Source: Trypanosoma brucei | Lineage: Eukaryota | Direction of reading: 5' to 3' | Assembly (NCBI GenBank): GCA_000002445.1 | Contig: CM000208.1 | Span: forward strand, 1,696,001-1,760,000 | Length of the DNA stretch: 64,000 bases | In this document: piece by piece, positions 44,383 through 55,003 of the stretch | Layout: every line of letters starts with the position of its first letter | Numbering within the stretch: position 1 is the first letter of the stretch | The notes under the pieces: model-generated | What the model was told of the DNA's origin: nothing | Databases searched by the model: none | Seen by the model: the letters and a program-made list of their open reading frames with translations, nothing else | Made by a program: the position numbers and the translations under genes

Positions 44383-44937
44383 ATGTCGTCTTTAGACTCT
44401 GTTAGAGAAGATATCCTCGATGTTTTTCATATTTTTGATGAAGACGGATCGGGCAGCATTACTATGCAAGAGCTCAAAAGGGCAATTTACACAATAACTG
44501 GAATTCGTATATCGCGTATTGATCTTTCCATACTGGTTCGGACATGTAAAGAAGAGATGTTGAAGGAGTCTGCCAGGAAATCGGAAGCTGGTGCTAATGT
44601 AGCTGGAAAAGCGGGGGAAAAGTTGTGGACACCTGAACCGGAGTCTGAGGTGAACACTGTTGATCCTCAGTTGTTTGCAGCTGTTGTGTTGAAGACGTTG
44701 AATAGACGAACGCAGGAGCAGGAACTGCTTTTTACCTTCCGTCTTCTCGAAGATAAGGATTATCCAGGTTTTATTACGAAAGATAGTTTGAAACGGGCAT
44801 CTGCAGATATTGACGAGCATTTGACAGATCAGGAGGTGAATGAGATGTTTGACAAACTTGTCACCGGGGTGTCCGCTGCTGCAATCGATTTTGTAACTTT
44901 TTCTTCGCTGATGGAAACACTACGAAAGTCGATTTAG
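44383..44937 (+). CDS. Small EF-hand calcium-binding-like protein
   Basis: A 184-aa ORF. 'FHIFDEDGSGSITMQELKRAI' is a canonical EF-hand loop, and there is a second degenerate EF-like region 'FRLLEDKDYPGFITKDSLKRA'. Confidence 0.5.
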   Translation: MSSLDSVREDILDVFHIFDEDGSGSITMQELKRAIYTITGIRISRIDLSILVRTCKEEMLKESARKSEAGANVAGKAGEKLWTPEPESEVNTVDPQLFAAVVLKTLNRRTQEQELLFTFRLLEDKDYPGFITKDSLKRASADIDEHLTDQEVNEMFDKLVTGVSAAAIDFVTFSSLMETLRKSI

Positions 44938-45534
44938 TTGCCGGAGTTTGTGTCTGCTTCTGTTGCGTGCAGCTTTTGTGGTGCTTCTTATTTATATTTC
45001 ATTGAGGTTGGGTCGCGCCCGTGAAAGTGCTCTGCTCTGACATATTTGTATATGTTTCTAATAGTTTTAGCTTGTTGCTTCATTCCTTCGCATTGTTGGG
45101 TGGCAGCAACGGAGAGGCTCCGTTTTTCATCTCTTTCTGCTCTTTTGCAGTGTTCTACCGGATGCTGCTGGATGTTATTTTCGTCTGTTTGTTTGTTTGT
45201 TTTTTCGTTCCCCTGTTTGCTTTCTCGAGAATTGATGGATGTACATGTGTGTTCTTTCTTTCGTTGGAGTATGTCATGTCAGAGGTTGGAGGTATTCTTT
45301 TCTCAAGGACGCTTGGATGAGGCTGATTCTTTTTTTTGTCACTTTTCACGCCCTTTGGTTAGCTTAGTCACTGTCTCATAAGGAGGGAAGGGGGTCACGT
45401 AAGGAGGGGTCGGCGACAGCAAGGATAACAGAACAAAAACTGCTGCGGGGTGAAAGCAAAAAGTCCTCTTGTTTTATAGTAAAAAAAAAAAAAGAAGAGG
45501 TGTAGAACCGTTGTCTCCCCCACAAAAGTTTGCA

Positions 45535-45981
45535 ATGACTGGCAATTCGCATTGTGTCTTGTGTAAGCGTTCCTTTGGCATTTTTTTGTGGAAACACAAA
45601 TGTGCGAAGTGTAATAGAAATGTCTGCGACGATTGTGCACCGAAAGTGAGTGGAGTGAGAAAATGTGAAGAGTGTTCCGCAGTGAAACCGGCTGACAGTA
45701 GCGCAAAGACCCCAGCGAACCAACCGCGTGTTCAGGGGTCAGAGGAAAATCCCGTCCTTGAAGCTGCCATGCGCCGCAGACAACAACACATGCTCGGAGT
45801 GGGGCCAAATACTGTTAACTCAGAGGAAAAAATTAGGCTGCTAACAGAGATTACTACAATCCTGAAACAGCGTGGAGAAGACGAACCGTTCGGTCTTCGC
45901 TCTATGGACGAAACAAAGCTGCGTGTTTACCTTCGGCATATTCGAGAAAAATACGGGATTACGGCTGTTAAACAATCATAG
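45535..45981 (+). CDS. Hypothetical small protein with N-terminal Cys-rich (FYVE/zinc-ribbon-like) motif
   Basis: 'CVLCKRSFGIFLWKHKCAKCNRNVCDDCAPKVSGVRKCEEC' contains four CxxC pairs. The ORF 45469–45981 begins in an A-run, so the ATG at 45535 is taken as the start. Confidence 0.45.
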   Translation: MTGNSHCVLCKRSFGIFLWKHKCAKCNRNVCDDCAPKVSGVRKCEECSAVKPADSSAKTPANQPRVQGSEENPVLEAAMRRRQQHMLGVGPNTVNSEEKIRLLTEITTILKQRGEDEPFGLRSMDETKLRVYLRHIREKYGITAVKQS

Positions 45982-47356
45982 GACCAGCAGCGATACGATG
46001 CGCATTTCCCAGACCATTTTTTGTACCCCATTGATGAGGATGTGGGAAAAGAAAAAGATGAATACAGTGCGGCTGCCAGACGTATGTGCCTCTTAATTGC
46101 ACGCAGCAATGTGCGCATTTTGTAGTCTGCTCCGTAATGACTTGTTTGATATTTCTTACGAGTTGTGGCAGCCTGCGACTTAACACGCTTGTGGTAACAC
46201 CCAGACCATATCATGCGCGGGAGTTGGTGGCAAACAGTCCGTCGTTGCCTCCCTAAATATTTTTTTTTGTGTCAGCTCCCTTTCTTTCAGTAATGGAAAG
46301 GACATGTTTAAACGAAATGTGAGGTGAATAATTGCATTGCCGTTTTGAAGGTGTGTGTTTTTCTCCCCGCTGGTGATCTGGCAACGCCAGGACCAATGAC
46401 AGTTCTCGTGTGATGTCATGATGATTGAAACCGGGTCGTGTAAGTGCGTAAAATCATCATCGAGTGTATCGCGGGCTCACAGGATCCAATCAATGGGGGA
46501 GAGGAGAAAATATTGATTTGATTGCAGGAATTAAAGTGTGACACCGCCCCGGTGCTGGAGAGAGATAGAGAAGTCGTGGAGATATTATGAATTCTGTAAT
46601 GGAATATCTTTTCTCTTGCGCAAACTCCTCCAGGACGGAAAGGCGACAGTTGTGTTTTGTTTGCTTTGTGAGGTATTTGGTGTTGGTGTCTGTTTACAAT
46701 GGAATAAAGGGAGAAAAGGTTGGGTGCATCAAAAAGCATCTGAAGGAAGGCAGTGGACATTTTCGAGAATGTAGGAAAAGAGAGATATCCATACTTTTTT
46801 TTCTTTTACCTTGTGCCGTGGATGGTGCCGAATTGTGGAGGTATTCTATTTTCTTTTGTACCTTTATATAATATGTAGGATGGGCAGTTATCATTATTAG
46901 CGTCCGGAGATTTTTAAAACGTTACTTTGTGTGTGTCGAACATTTTTGGGGGAACACAGTATTTATTGTTTTTTTCCGTCGGGGCGGTTGGTCGTTTTGT
47001 GAATGCAGCTTCCCGGTTATTTTCAAGTTCGTTTCCGAATATGTCACGTGGAGTTGAACGCTATGTGGCAGTGTTAACGTTGTTCGCGTGGCATTTCGTA
47101 AGCATGATGTGTTCAGTTTCCAGAAACTTGTGCATATATATATATATCCTATATTATTTTCTGCAAAATGCCTTCATTCACATTTACCATTCACCGTCGC
47201 CGTTTCCTTTTTTCTCTGGAAGCCGAGTGGCATCCTGCACTCGCCAAAACCAGTAATAGAAAAGAAAGTAGGGTACTCATAGCGAACTGCGTAAGCGCCG
47301 GCGTGTGCGCTTCGCAGAACATAGAGAAGTTGTGGAAGGCGCGCTGTAGGTTTGAC

Positions 47357-48355
47357 ATGAAGACAGTATACATTGTAGCGATGTGCGCAGGCGGTGGCGG
47401 ACTTCTTTGTATCCTCTTGGTAATCACCATATGCGTCCTCCGCAAGCGAACGAAGACGAGCAATACCGACGACGACGACAGCGCCGCGCAAAGTGGATGT
47501 GCACTTCACTACATAGATATGTCCGGTAATGAACGCGTCCTTGATGTGAACGCATTGGGTGCCAGAGACGGAATCACACTGTTGGCCACTATTGCTAATC
47601 ACTGCGGCGTGCAAGACTCTTCGGCGATTGCACTCACGTATGTGAATGATGCTCGTCGGTGTGTTGAAGTCGATCCTGATCTTCTGCTCCGAAGCGATGG
47701 GGAGTTGTCCGACCGGCTGATGCAGAGCAAGTTTTTCCCACTAAGGCTGGGATGGCGTGTGAAGCCACCACAACCAGAACAGAAAAGGCACCAAAAACAG
47801 CGTGTCGATGAGGACGCTAAGGCTTGTAGTGCTGAGGAAAGCCGTATTGCAACAAGAATCCACGAATGCCCTCAAGAGATGGCGAATGGCAGCTACAAGG
47901 ATGTAGTTGGCTCCACCCCGCTTCCACTTATTCTACCAACCAACTCGCACATCACATCCAGCAACCCCATAACAATTACTGCGGCACAGTACACCGTTGA
48001 AGGCTCTAACTACGTGCTGGATGTGAACACTGTCGTCGCGATGCAAGAGGCGTTACGTCAGCATACGCCCCGGTCCATTTTACTGGAAGATGGCTCAGTT
48101 ATACTTGTCGACCCCGCGAGGCGAACGGTGTGCTTGAGAACTCCTCAAGGCAATCAATGCGCGGTAACGGAGCATCCAGCTGGTGAACTCAAATATACCA
48201 TTGATAACAAGGGCGCTGGCCAGTGGTACCCATATAGATGTCCCATATATTTGCCACCCGGGCGGTGGTGTGTGAGGGCGGAGGCTTCGAGTGCGGATCA
48301 TCGTCGCGTTCGAACAACCTCCCGAGTTTTCACAGTAGATGTTGTTGAGAAATGA
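47357..48355 (+). CDS. Hypothetical protein with N-terminal signal-anchor/TM segment
   Basis: The ORF runs 47168–48355. The ATG at 47357 gives MKTVYIVAMCAGGGGLLCILLVITICVLRKR (a TM segment followed by a basic stop-transfer). I recognise no domain. Confidence 0.4.
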   Translation: MKTVYIVAMCAGGGGLLCILLVITICVLRKRTKTSNTDDDDSAAQSGCALHYIDMSGNERVLDVNALGARDGITLLATIANHCGVQDSSAIALTYVNDARRCVEVDPDLLLRSDGELSDRLMQSKFFPLRLGWRVKPPQPEQKRHQKQRVDEDAKACSAEESRIATRIHECPQEMANGSYKDVVGSTPLPLILPTNSHITSSNPITITAAQYTVEGSNYVLDVNTVVAMQEALRQHTPRSILLEDGSVILVDPARRTVCLRTPQGNQCAVTEHPAGELKYTIDNKGAGQWYPYRCPIYLPPGRWCVRAEASSADHRRVRTTSRVFTVDVVEK

Positions 48356-49094
48356 TAGATCACATACCGAGAGGTGATACTACGCAACGATAGCGAGATA
48401 AGCGGATATAATTTTCATTTGTCGTCGTCAATGTTGTTGTTGTTGTTGTTTTGGTTCTAATTTTTTTTTTTTTGGTGCGAGCGCTACTTCATTGTCTATG
48501 TGGAAAGCACCCAGTTCAGTGGTTTGACTTGTGCCACTGTTACCACCGGTTATTTATTTATTGTCTTACCCCTTTATTTTCTACTTGAACATGTATTTCA
48601 AACTTCTTGTGTTCCTGTGAGTATTCCCCCAAACCGGGTTCCCAATTACGCATATTTTTGATGGTGATGATGATGATATGTTGTATCCTAACATAAATAA
48701 GTTGGCTCGAAAGAAGTGGAAATATATAAATGAACAACGAATGTTAAGAGCGGGGAATCTGTCGGTAATTAACGTCTTTGGTATCGTTGGGTGCGTCTGT
48801 ATTGATATGTAGAACGAAATGTCCCTCTGCAAACAGATTTCTTACGGTAAACACCTTCCGTTTCGGACCGAAAAGTTGTTGGATTTTTTGTCTTTGTTTT
48901 TTTTTTCTTGCTTGGGCGGCTATCATATTCCGATACGGCTCTTTATTATTATTTCTCGCCCTTTTTTTTCTCTGCAGACTCCTTTGTTCCCACCTCGCCC
49001 GTGTATTGCGCTTCCCGTGGGGGGTAAAGGGGTAAGAAGGTGGCGGCACATAGCTGTTCAGGTGAAAAAAAAAGAGGAAAACGAAAGTGTTGCA

Positions 49095-50735
49095 ATGAAC
49101 ATTTCTGATATCGTGGGAGAGGTGATAACTGATGCAGTGGACGACAGACACTACTCGCACCTGGAGGCATTACTTGAGCATAACATTGATGAATTAATTA
49201 GGCGGTACCATGTCCTTGTGGGGCCCCTCAAAACATTAATGGAGATGGAATGCGGAGAGGCTGCTGCAGTGAATGGACCCTCACCCAAGAGCCACACGGG
49301 TGGGTCCGAGTTTCCGCAATGCTTCGCCATGGGCATGACATATTTCAGCCTTGCCATCATGCGAGGGCATGCTGCGGGAGGGATCGAAGATAGTGAAATC
49401 TCCTCTTTGATACTAACACTTGTGGAGCAGCATCTGTTATCACAGACATCAGGGGCATATAAACAACTCCGAGGTCATGCGCACGCGCTTCAACGCTTCG
49501 GGCAGTTGCTGAAGGGATATGTTGATCTTCTAGATCACAGCGATGTTGGGAATCACCTCCGTAAGCTTAGTTATCTTCAGAGTGCGGTGACGCTCTTTTC
49601 CCCATCAACTAACCATCTCACCGTTGCTCACCCACTTCTGGTGCGGGAGGCGGCGCGCAGTAACTGTCCAGCCCCTGCTCTGACTGTCATGCGGCAGCCA
49701 ATATTAGAATTATCGTGTGGAGAAACTGGCGCTGGACTCGCTTGTTGTTGTTCTTATTATTACGAGGGCGGCCTCTTGCTAGCCGCTATGCAGTGTTGGG
49801 AGTCGTCGGTTTCGTGGCTGCGAAACTCTCTGTCATTAGTGAAGGTTGTGTCGCGTGTGGGGAGTCCAGAACTTAAGGTAGTTTCCGCGACACCTTCTCT
49901 TTCTCCGGATGATACCGGTAACATCATAGTGTCTGCAACAAAAGCGTTCGTTCTCCTCTGCATTAGTGTCTACGGGGATTGGGGTGACGCTGCAGATCAC
50001 ATGAGAGTTCAGCAAGTTATTCAGCAGTATCGAAATAGCAATGTGGGATCGTACGTACGCCTGCTGGTGGCTGCGCAACGCCGTGATTTTGGGCAGTGGC
50101 ACACAATCAAAAGAAACTTTTCACCTGTTTGGGAACAGGATGGAACCGTGTCTCTTCTCGCCACAGCTGAATCACGACTGCAGCGGCACGTTGTCCTTGA
50201 TATCGCGAAAGTTTACAGTCGTGTGCGTCTCTCGACCATCGCGTCGGCGCTTCGTGTGTGTTGTCTCAGCGAGACAGAAGGTGGCGGCAACACATCAAGT
50301 GGTAGTGGTGACTCTGGGGAAAGCACACAAGGGAAAATTAACGCCGTTGAGCTGCTTTTATCAATGCGGGAAGATGGGGAACTCATCGCATCAGTCGAGC
50401 ATGTGCCTCGTAGGGAAGAGAGTGAAGAAGAAGCAGAGTTGAGTGAAGCGGAGGAAACGGCAGGTGATATTTCTGCGCAGCAACAGCATCTGGCTGTCAG
50501 GCTCGCTATTCCACCGAGGCGGATTCCTGCTGAGTTAGGTGAGAGTTGCAAAGTGTTCCATGATTTATACAGGCAGGGTGGAGAAAACCAGCACGTCATA
50601 GATGCGAAGATACAAGGAGTGTTGCACGGCGAAATTGAGCGGTGCAAGAGGGCGTATGCGGCACTGATGAAGGTGGCAATGGGTTCACGCGGCGTGGTGC
50701 CACCAGAATGTGAAGAAGCCCAAGTGATCGTGTGA
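49095..50735 (+). CDS. Hypothetical protein, possible PCI-domain-like C-terminal region
   Basis: The ORF runs 48819–50735. Its upstream part translates a pyrimidine tract, so the start is taken at ATG 49095 (MNISDIVGEV...). The region 'VVLDIAKVYSRVRLSTIASALRV' resembles the winged-helix end of PCI domains. Support is weak. Confidence 0.35.
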   Translation: MNISDIVGEVITDAVDDRHYSHLEALLEHNIDELIRRYHVLVGPLKTLMEMECGEAAAVNGPSPKSHTGGSEFPQCFAMGMTYFSLAIMRGHAAGGIEDSEISSLILTLVEQHLLSQTSGAYKQLRGHAHALQRFGQLLKGYVDLLDHSDVGNHLRKLSYLQSAVTLFSPSTNHLTVAHPLLVREAARSNCPAPALTVMRQPILELSCGETGAGLACCCSYYYEGGLLLAAMQCWESSVSWLRNSLSLVKVVSRVGSPELKVVSATPSLSPDDTGNIIVSATKAFVLLCISVYGDWGDAADHMRVQQVIQQYRNSNVGSYVRLLVAAQRRDFGQWHTIKRNFSPVWEQDGTVSLLATAESRLQRHVVLDIAKVYSRVRLSTIASALRVCCLSETEGGGNTSSGSGDSGESTQGKINAVELLLSMREDGELIASVEHVPRREESEEEAELSEAEETAGDISAQQQHLAVRLAIPPRRIPAELGESCKVFHDLYRQGGENQHVIDAKIQGVLHGEIERCKRAYAALMKVAMGSRGVVPPECEEAQVIV

Positions 50736-51241
50736 GCAGGTTTTGACCGTGAGTCATGACTGAAATGTGTAAACAGTAACAGGATATGTTTGCGTTGGTA
50801 TACAAAATGTTTTGGACACGATTTTCATTTTACACGCTGCACTTGATTCTGTACTGGCCCTGAGCGGTCGCCCAACACCACTTAGTGAGTGTTTCCACTT
50901 TTTCATCTTTATCGGTGGCTGCTGGGCGTGCCCTTCCCCTTGGTGGTTGTTTGAAGTTGTTCGTTGATGTGCTTCTGTTTTCGTAATCCCTTTCTTTTTT
51001 TCGTTTCCATCGGTAGGTTGTGAAACACGAGGTCGAGAAGGCGCAACATTCACATATGTACCCACGGAGTAGGGTCGCCCACTAAAGTGACGGAACACTA
51101 AAAGAACTGGGGCTCCTTGCAGAAGAGAAAGAGGGCAGGTGCATACTGAAGGTCTTGTGTCCGTGTATTTGTGAAGAGCCCACATTCTTGAGTAATAACA
51201 CACACAGTAGTTTACCTTTTCAATTTTTTTTTATAAAAAAT

Positions 51242-52549
51242 ATGTTCCTTTTGCCAAGGGAAGTAATGAGGAAGTACGCCATATTTTCCTTAGCAATCAT
51301 ACTGTTGCTATTTACAGTAGTGAGCAGTGAGCCTGGTGAGCGCGATGCGGAGTCCGGGGTGAAGAGAGGGGACGAAAAGCAGAACCTCGTCCTCACTAAG
51401 CTAATTGTTCTCAACCGTCATGGTCACCGCGCCCCTAACGCCCCCTACTGGTCCATGTGCCCCAACGACAGAAAAAACCGCCGCAAGTACAACGTTGGCG
51501 CGGAGGACCTTACGGCGCGCGGCATGAAGGAGGAGTATGAATTGGGGGAGTATTTACGGAACGCGTATCGCGACTTTATTGGACCTCGCTTCAACCGAAG
51601 TCGGCACTTCCTGCGCGCCGTGGGCGAACCCCGAATTCTGCAGTCCGCTCAGGCGGTTGCCCAAGGGCTCTTTCCTGATGGTTATGGGCCCGGTGGCTAT
51701 CTTCCGCGACAACCTCAGTTTGTGCCCGTATTTTCTGATATGGATACTCATGAATATCTTCTCGACGACGTACCGTGCTTCCGCCGCGCTGAGAGGGATA
51801 TGCGCAGATGGTTGAACACTAGCTTGAGTGACTTCATTGCTGACCCTAAAGTCAGCGAGGTGTTAAACTATATGAAACGGATGTGTGGGGTGTCTGAGAA
51901 GGACATGCCACCCGTATATGCTTTTCTGAAAACTGTAGCCGACGGGATGACATTCAATGCCGATTTCGGACTGAGCGTGTGCCATGGGAAGGTAACACCC
52001 GAAATGCTCTTCAAAATACGCAAAGTATCACTACGACTTCTTATGGCGCGACTTTATCACACTGACGAGCAACAAACCTACACCTCTGTAGATTTACCAT
52101 ACCGGATACTCTATATGCTAAATCGGTCAACCTCCCCAGGTGCGAAGGGAGTGAACGATTACTCCGACACAGAGCAGGAAGCCATCCTGTATTTTATGCA
52201 TCGCGAGGCCCTGTACGCTGTTGGAGAGTTCTTTGGTTTCACATTTAATGTCCCAGGTCTGCCGCACGGGGAGCTGCCAGTGGCTTCTACAATTGTATGG
52301 GAGCGGTTGGTTCCTGAGAAGAGCGTCGGGGAAGAGATTGTGCCATCAAGAACGTACGTGCGTCTCATACTATGGACACCAAAGGATGGTACAGCCACGG
52401 TTGCCATACCGCACTGCAGAACACCCCAGCTTTGCACACTCAAAGAACTTCAGGATATATACAGTGCGCGGGTGAAGCGCACTGGATCGTGGTTGAAGCT
52501 GTGCAACTTCACAATCACAGAATTAGACCATGACACGGACATTCGTTAG
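51242..52549 (+). CDS. Histidine acid phosphatase (membrane-bound/secreted acid phosphatase-like)
   Basis: There is an N-terminal signal peptide (MRKYAIFSLAIILLLFTVVSS), then the catalytic motif 'LNRHGHRAPN' (RHGxRxP). The size (~435 aa) and Cys pattern are typical of branch-2 histidine phosphatases. The downstream HD motif is not unambiguously located. Confidence 0.7.
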   Translation: MFLLPREVMRKYAIFSLAIILLLFTVVSSEPGERDAESGVKRGDEKQNLVLTKLIVLNRHGHRAPNAPYWSMCPNDRKNRRKYNVGAEDLTARGMKEEYELGEYLRNAYRDFIGPRFNRSRHFLRAVGEPRILQSAQAVAQGLFPDGYGPGGYLPRQPQFVPVFSDMDTHEYLLDDVPCFRRAERDMRRWLNTSLSDFIADPKVSEVLNYMKRMCGVSEKDMPPVYAFLKTVADGMTFNADFGLSVCHGKVTPEMLFKIRKVSLRLLMARLYHTDEQQTYTSVDLPYRILYMLNRSTSPGAKGVNDYSDTEQEAILYFMHREALYAVGEFFGFTFNVPGLPHGELPVASTIVWERLVPEKSVGEEIVPSRTYVRLILWTPKDGTATVAIPHCRTPQLCTLKELQDIYSARVKRTGSWLKLCNFTITELDHDTDIR

Positions 52550-53483
52550 CCTAGTTTCCACACTGACAACCAGCCAGCAGACGTTCTGGAGTTCATCCGT
52601 CAATGGCACTGGTATTGTTAAGGGAATATACATATATATATATATATAGTACGTGTGTATGTCGGGGGGATGCAGCGAGGCAGGATCGGATAGATTATTA
52701 CGAGGACAAGAGCAGAGCGACGTGCATCCTGCTTCGTGAGAGAGGACGACAAAAGAAAGAAATTAAAGAATTGAAGGGAGGAAATCCCACAGACACGCAC
52801 GTAACAAACACTGGCAGTCACAACGTGCCATCATACAAGTTCGTTTCTGACAAAGCAATAATCACAGGAGAGCGTGGTCGGGGGGGGGGTCAGCCCGCAT
52901 CCAAATGCCCCTATTCATGTCCCAATGCTCACATGCATATATGAATTTAATCTATAATTTGCCAGATGGAGAACCATCGGCACGTTGGGGGGAGAAGGTC
53001 GTTGAGAAATACTACAGATATTTCCTATTTTACCTGTAAAGTTCTCTCCTCCTCTCCCCTTACTCCCCCTTTCCAGTATTTCAATAAGGATCCGGCACCT
53101 ATTGGTTCCCTTTGAAAAGGGAAGGGTGAGACAACTGTGGTGTATTTTTTCTGGGGACTGGACACCTGATACGTTGTTGCTGGTGGGCTGTGATGCGGCC
53201 CTTCCGTGTTTTACAACTATGACCCTCCATGCCTTATTCTGATATAATTTGTTCAATCGTTGTCGTTCCCCTTTGTCTCTCCTTCTACGGTGCCGGTGCA
53301 GAAGCAGAATAACGAAACAATAAAAGTGTGACCGCTCGCTTCACCCAAGTCGACCACGGAAAACGTCACGCTTGTACTGTACGCGGGTTCTGGTGCATGG
53401 ACTGAGTTTTGATCGCGTTATTTTGTTTTAACTGTCATAACTGCTCAGGACAAACGACCAAGAGGAAATATAATACTTGCCTC

Positions 53484-54290
53484 ATGGATCCATCGAAGCG
53501 CATATGCCTGAAGAATATCCCACCCGAATGCACAAAACGTGAGATTGCGGAGTTCATCCGCAATCGCACCGGAGGCCAACCACACAGCATTGACCTCGGG
53601 CTTGACAGCAACGGCCGTGTGCGCCGCTACGCACATTTCTCAGTTGAAGGGGCGAAAAATGTCGTCTCAGCACTCACGGGGGCCACGTGGAAAGGTGTCA
53701 CAGTGAGTGCACTCCACGCCAATCCTCATTATACCTACCGTCTGGCCGAGTCACGACGGCGGCGCGAGCACTTGGAATCAGAGGAGAAGCAACAGAGAGA
53801 AGAATTATTGAGGAGAAAAACGGAGCGATGGCTTGCGAAGACGGGTGGTGAATTACCAAAGGGAAGGCCACCAAAACCTTTTTTCGCGTCGAGACAACGT
53901 TACGCAGAGGTGGCCTCTGAAATAGCGAAAAAGAGCAGAGAAGAACACAGGGCAAAGCGCTTGCAGGGTCGTATGCAACAAACTGTCGGAGGCCCCAGTC
54001 GACGGTGGGCTAGAGAGAGTCTAATAGATAAAGCAACGAGTGGACCAGTGCAACCCGGGGTGTCCTTTTCTAATTATTTGCGAAGCAGTTCGCATTGTGA
54101 GCACGAGGGTGGAAGTACAGACCCCAACTCAAGGGTTCTAAAACGTCAGAAGACGGAACGTGCGGGAAACCCGGCCATGAAACCGGTTCAGCAGCAGGAA
54201 ACACCGCAGACAGTCGGACCCACAAGGGAAGAAAGGAAATTGAGTGGTCTAAAGGCGAAACTGGAGGCGTTACGCGCCAAAATGAAGTAA
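53484..54290 (+). CDS. RRM-domain RNA-binding protein with basic/coiled-coil C-terminal tail
   Basis: 'RICLKNIPPECTKREIAEFI' is RNP2-like, followed by '...RRYAHFSVEGAKNVVSALTGATWKGVTV' (RNP1-like). The Lys/Arg/Glu-rich tail is typical of nucleolar RRM proteins. Confidence 0.5.
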   Translation: MDPSKRICLKNIPPECTKREIAEFIRNRTGGQPHSIDLGLDSNGRVRRYAHFSVEGAKNVVSALTGATWKGVTVSALHANPHYTYRLAESRRRREHLESEEKQQREELLRRKTERWLAKTGGELPKGRPPKPFFASRQRYAEVASEIAKKSREEHRAKRLQGRMQQTVGGPSRRWARESLIDKATSGPVQPGVSFSNYLRSSSHCEHEGGSTDPNSRVLKRQKTERAGNPAMKPVQQQETPQTVGPTREERKLSGLKAKLEALRAKMK

Positions 54291-54745
54291 AGGTTGGGGC
54301 AACTGCTGTGTGCGTGACACGGTAGTCCAACCCACCACCCAGGAAAGACACTAGGTGCGAATCTTCACATTTTCAGTTTTCTGGTAGCTTTGAACCGTGT
54401 TGAGGGGATGGCAGTTTGATTGGGTCGGCCACAGTGAAACTCTTCTCCCGAGAACCTTCTCAGTACTCCCTTACAAGGAAGTGAAGGTCGAATGATCACG
54501 CGCCTACATGGCCCGGTGACGCTGTGTGATAACGCCGTCAGGTGCGGAAACACTGAAGAAAGATAAAACAAGGTGGTATTAACATTTCGCGTGGTTTTCA
54601 AAGAATTATTGCCCCTAAACGCAGTTGCTTTCCACCTCGTAAAAGGTTACAAGTTAAACTTGGGAGGGAAGGGCGCAGCGAGACGGTGGAATGCCCATAT
54701 GCGCTCGTGGTAGCTTCTGGTGTATTTCTTATCTGCGGGGGGCAG

Positions 54746-54762
54746 GGGGGGGGGGGGTTACC
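54746..54762. repeat. Homopolymeric G tract
   Basis: 'ggggggcagggggggggggggtt' is directly visible. Other G/C homopolymers lie at 9757–9768 (G12 interrupted), 52871–52882 (G11) and 57257–57270 (C13). Confidence 0.9.
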
Positions 54763-55003
54763 GCGTCGGTCACACTGCAATGTTCTCTTTTTTATGCATG
54801 CGGTACGTGAACGGAGAAACGTTGCGGGACGAAAGTAAGCAGCATCAAAGTAAAGTTTGGCTATTCAACCTTTGAGTGCCGTCATTCTTAGTAACTTTTC
54901 CTGCACCGCCGCTGGGGCACAGGGATCGTTGAAGCTACAAAAAGATTAGTTAAAGTGGGGCGACCCAATGATGAATTGATCCTTTCTCTCATCTACTTTT
55001 TAT

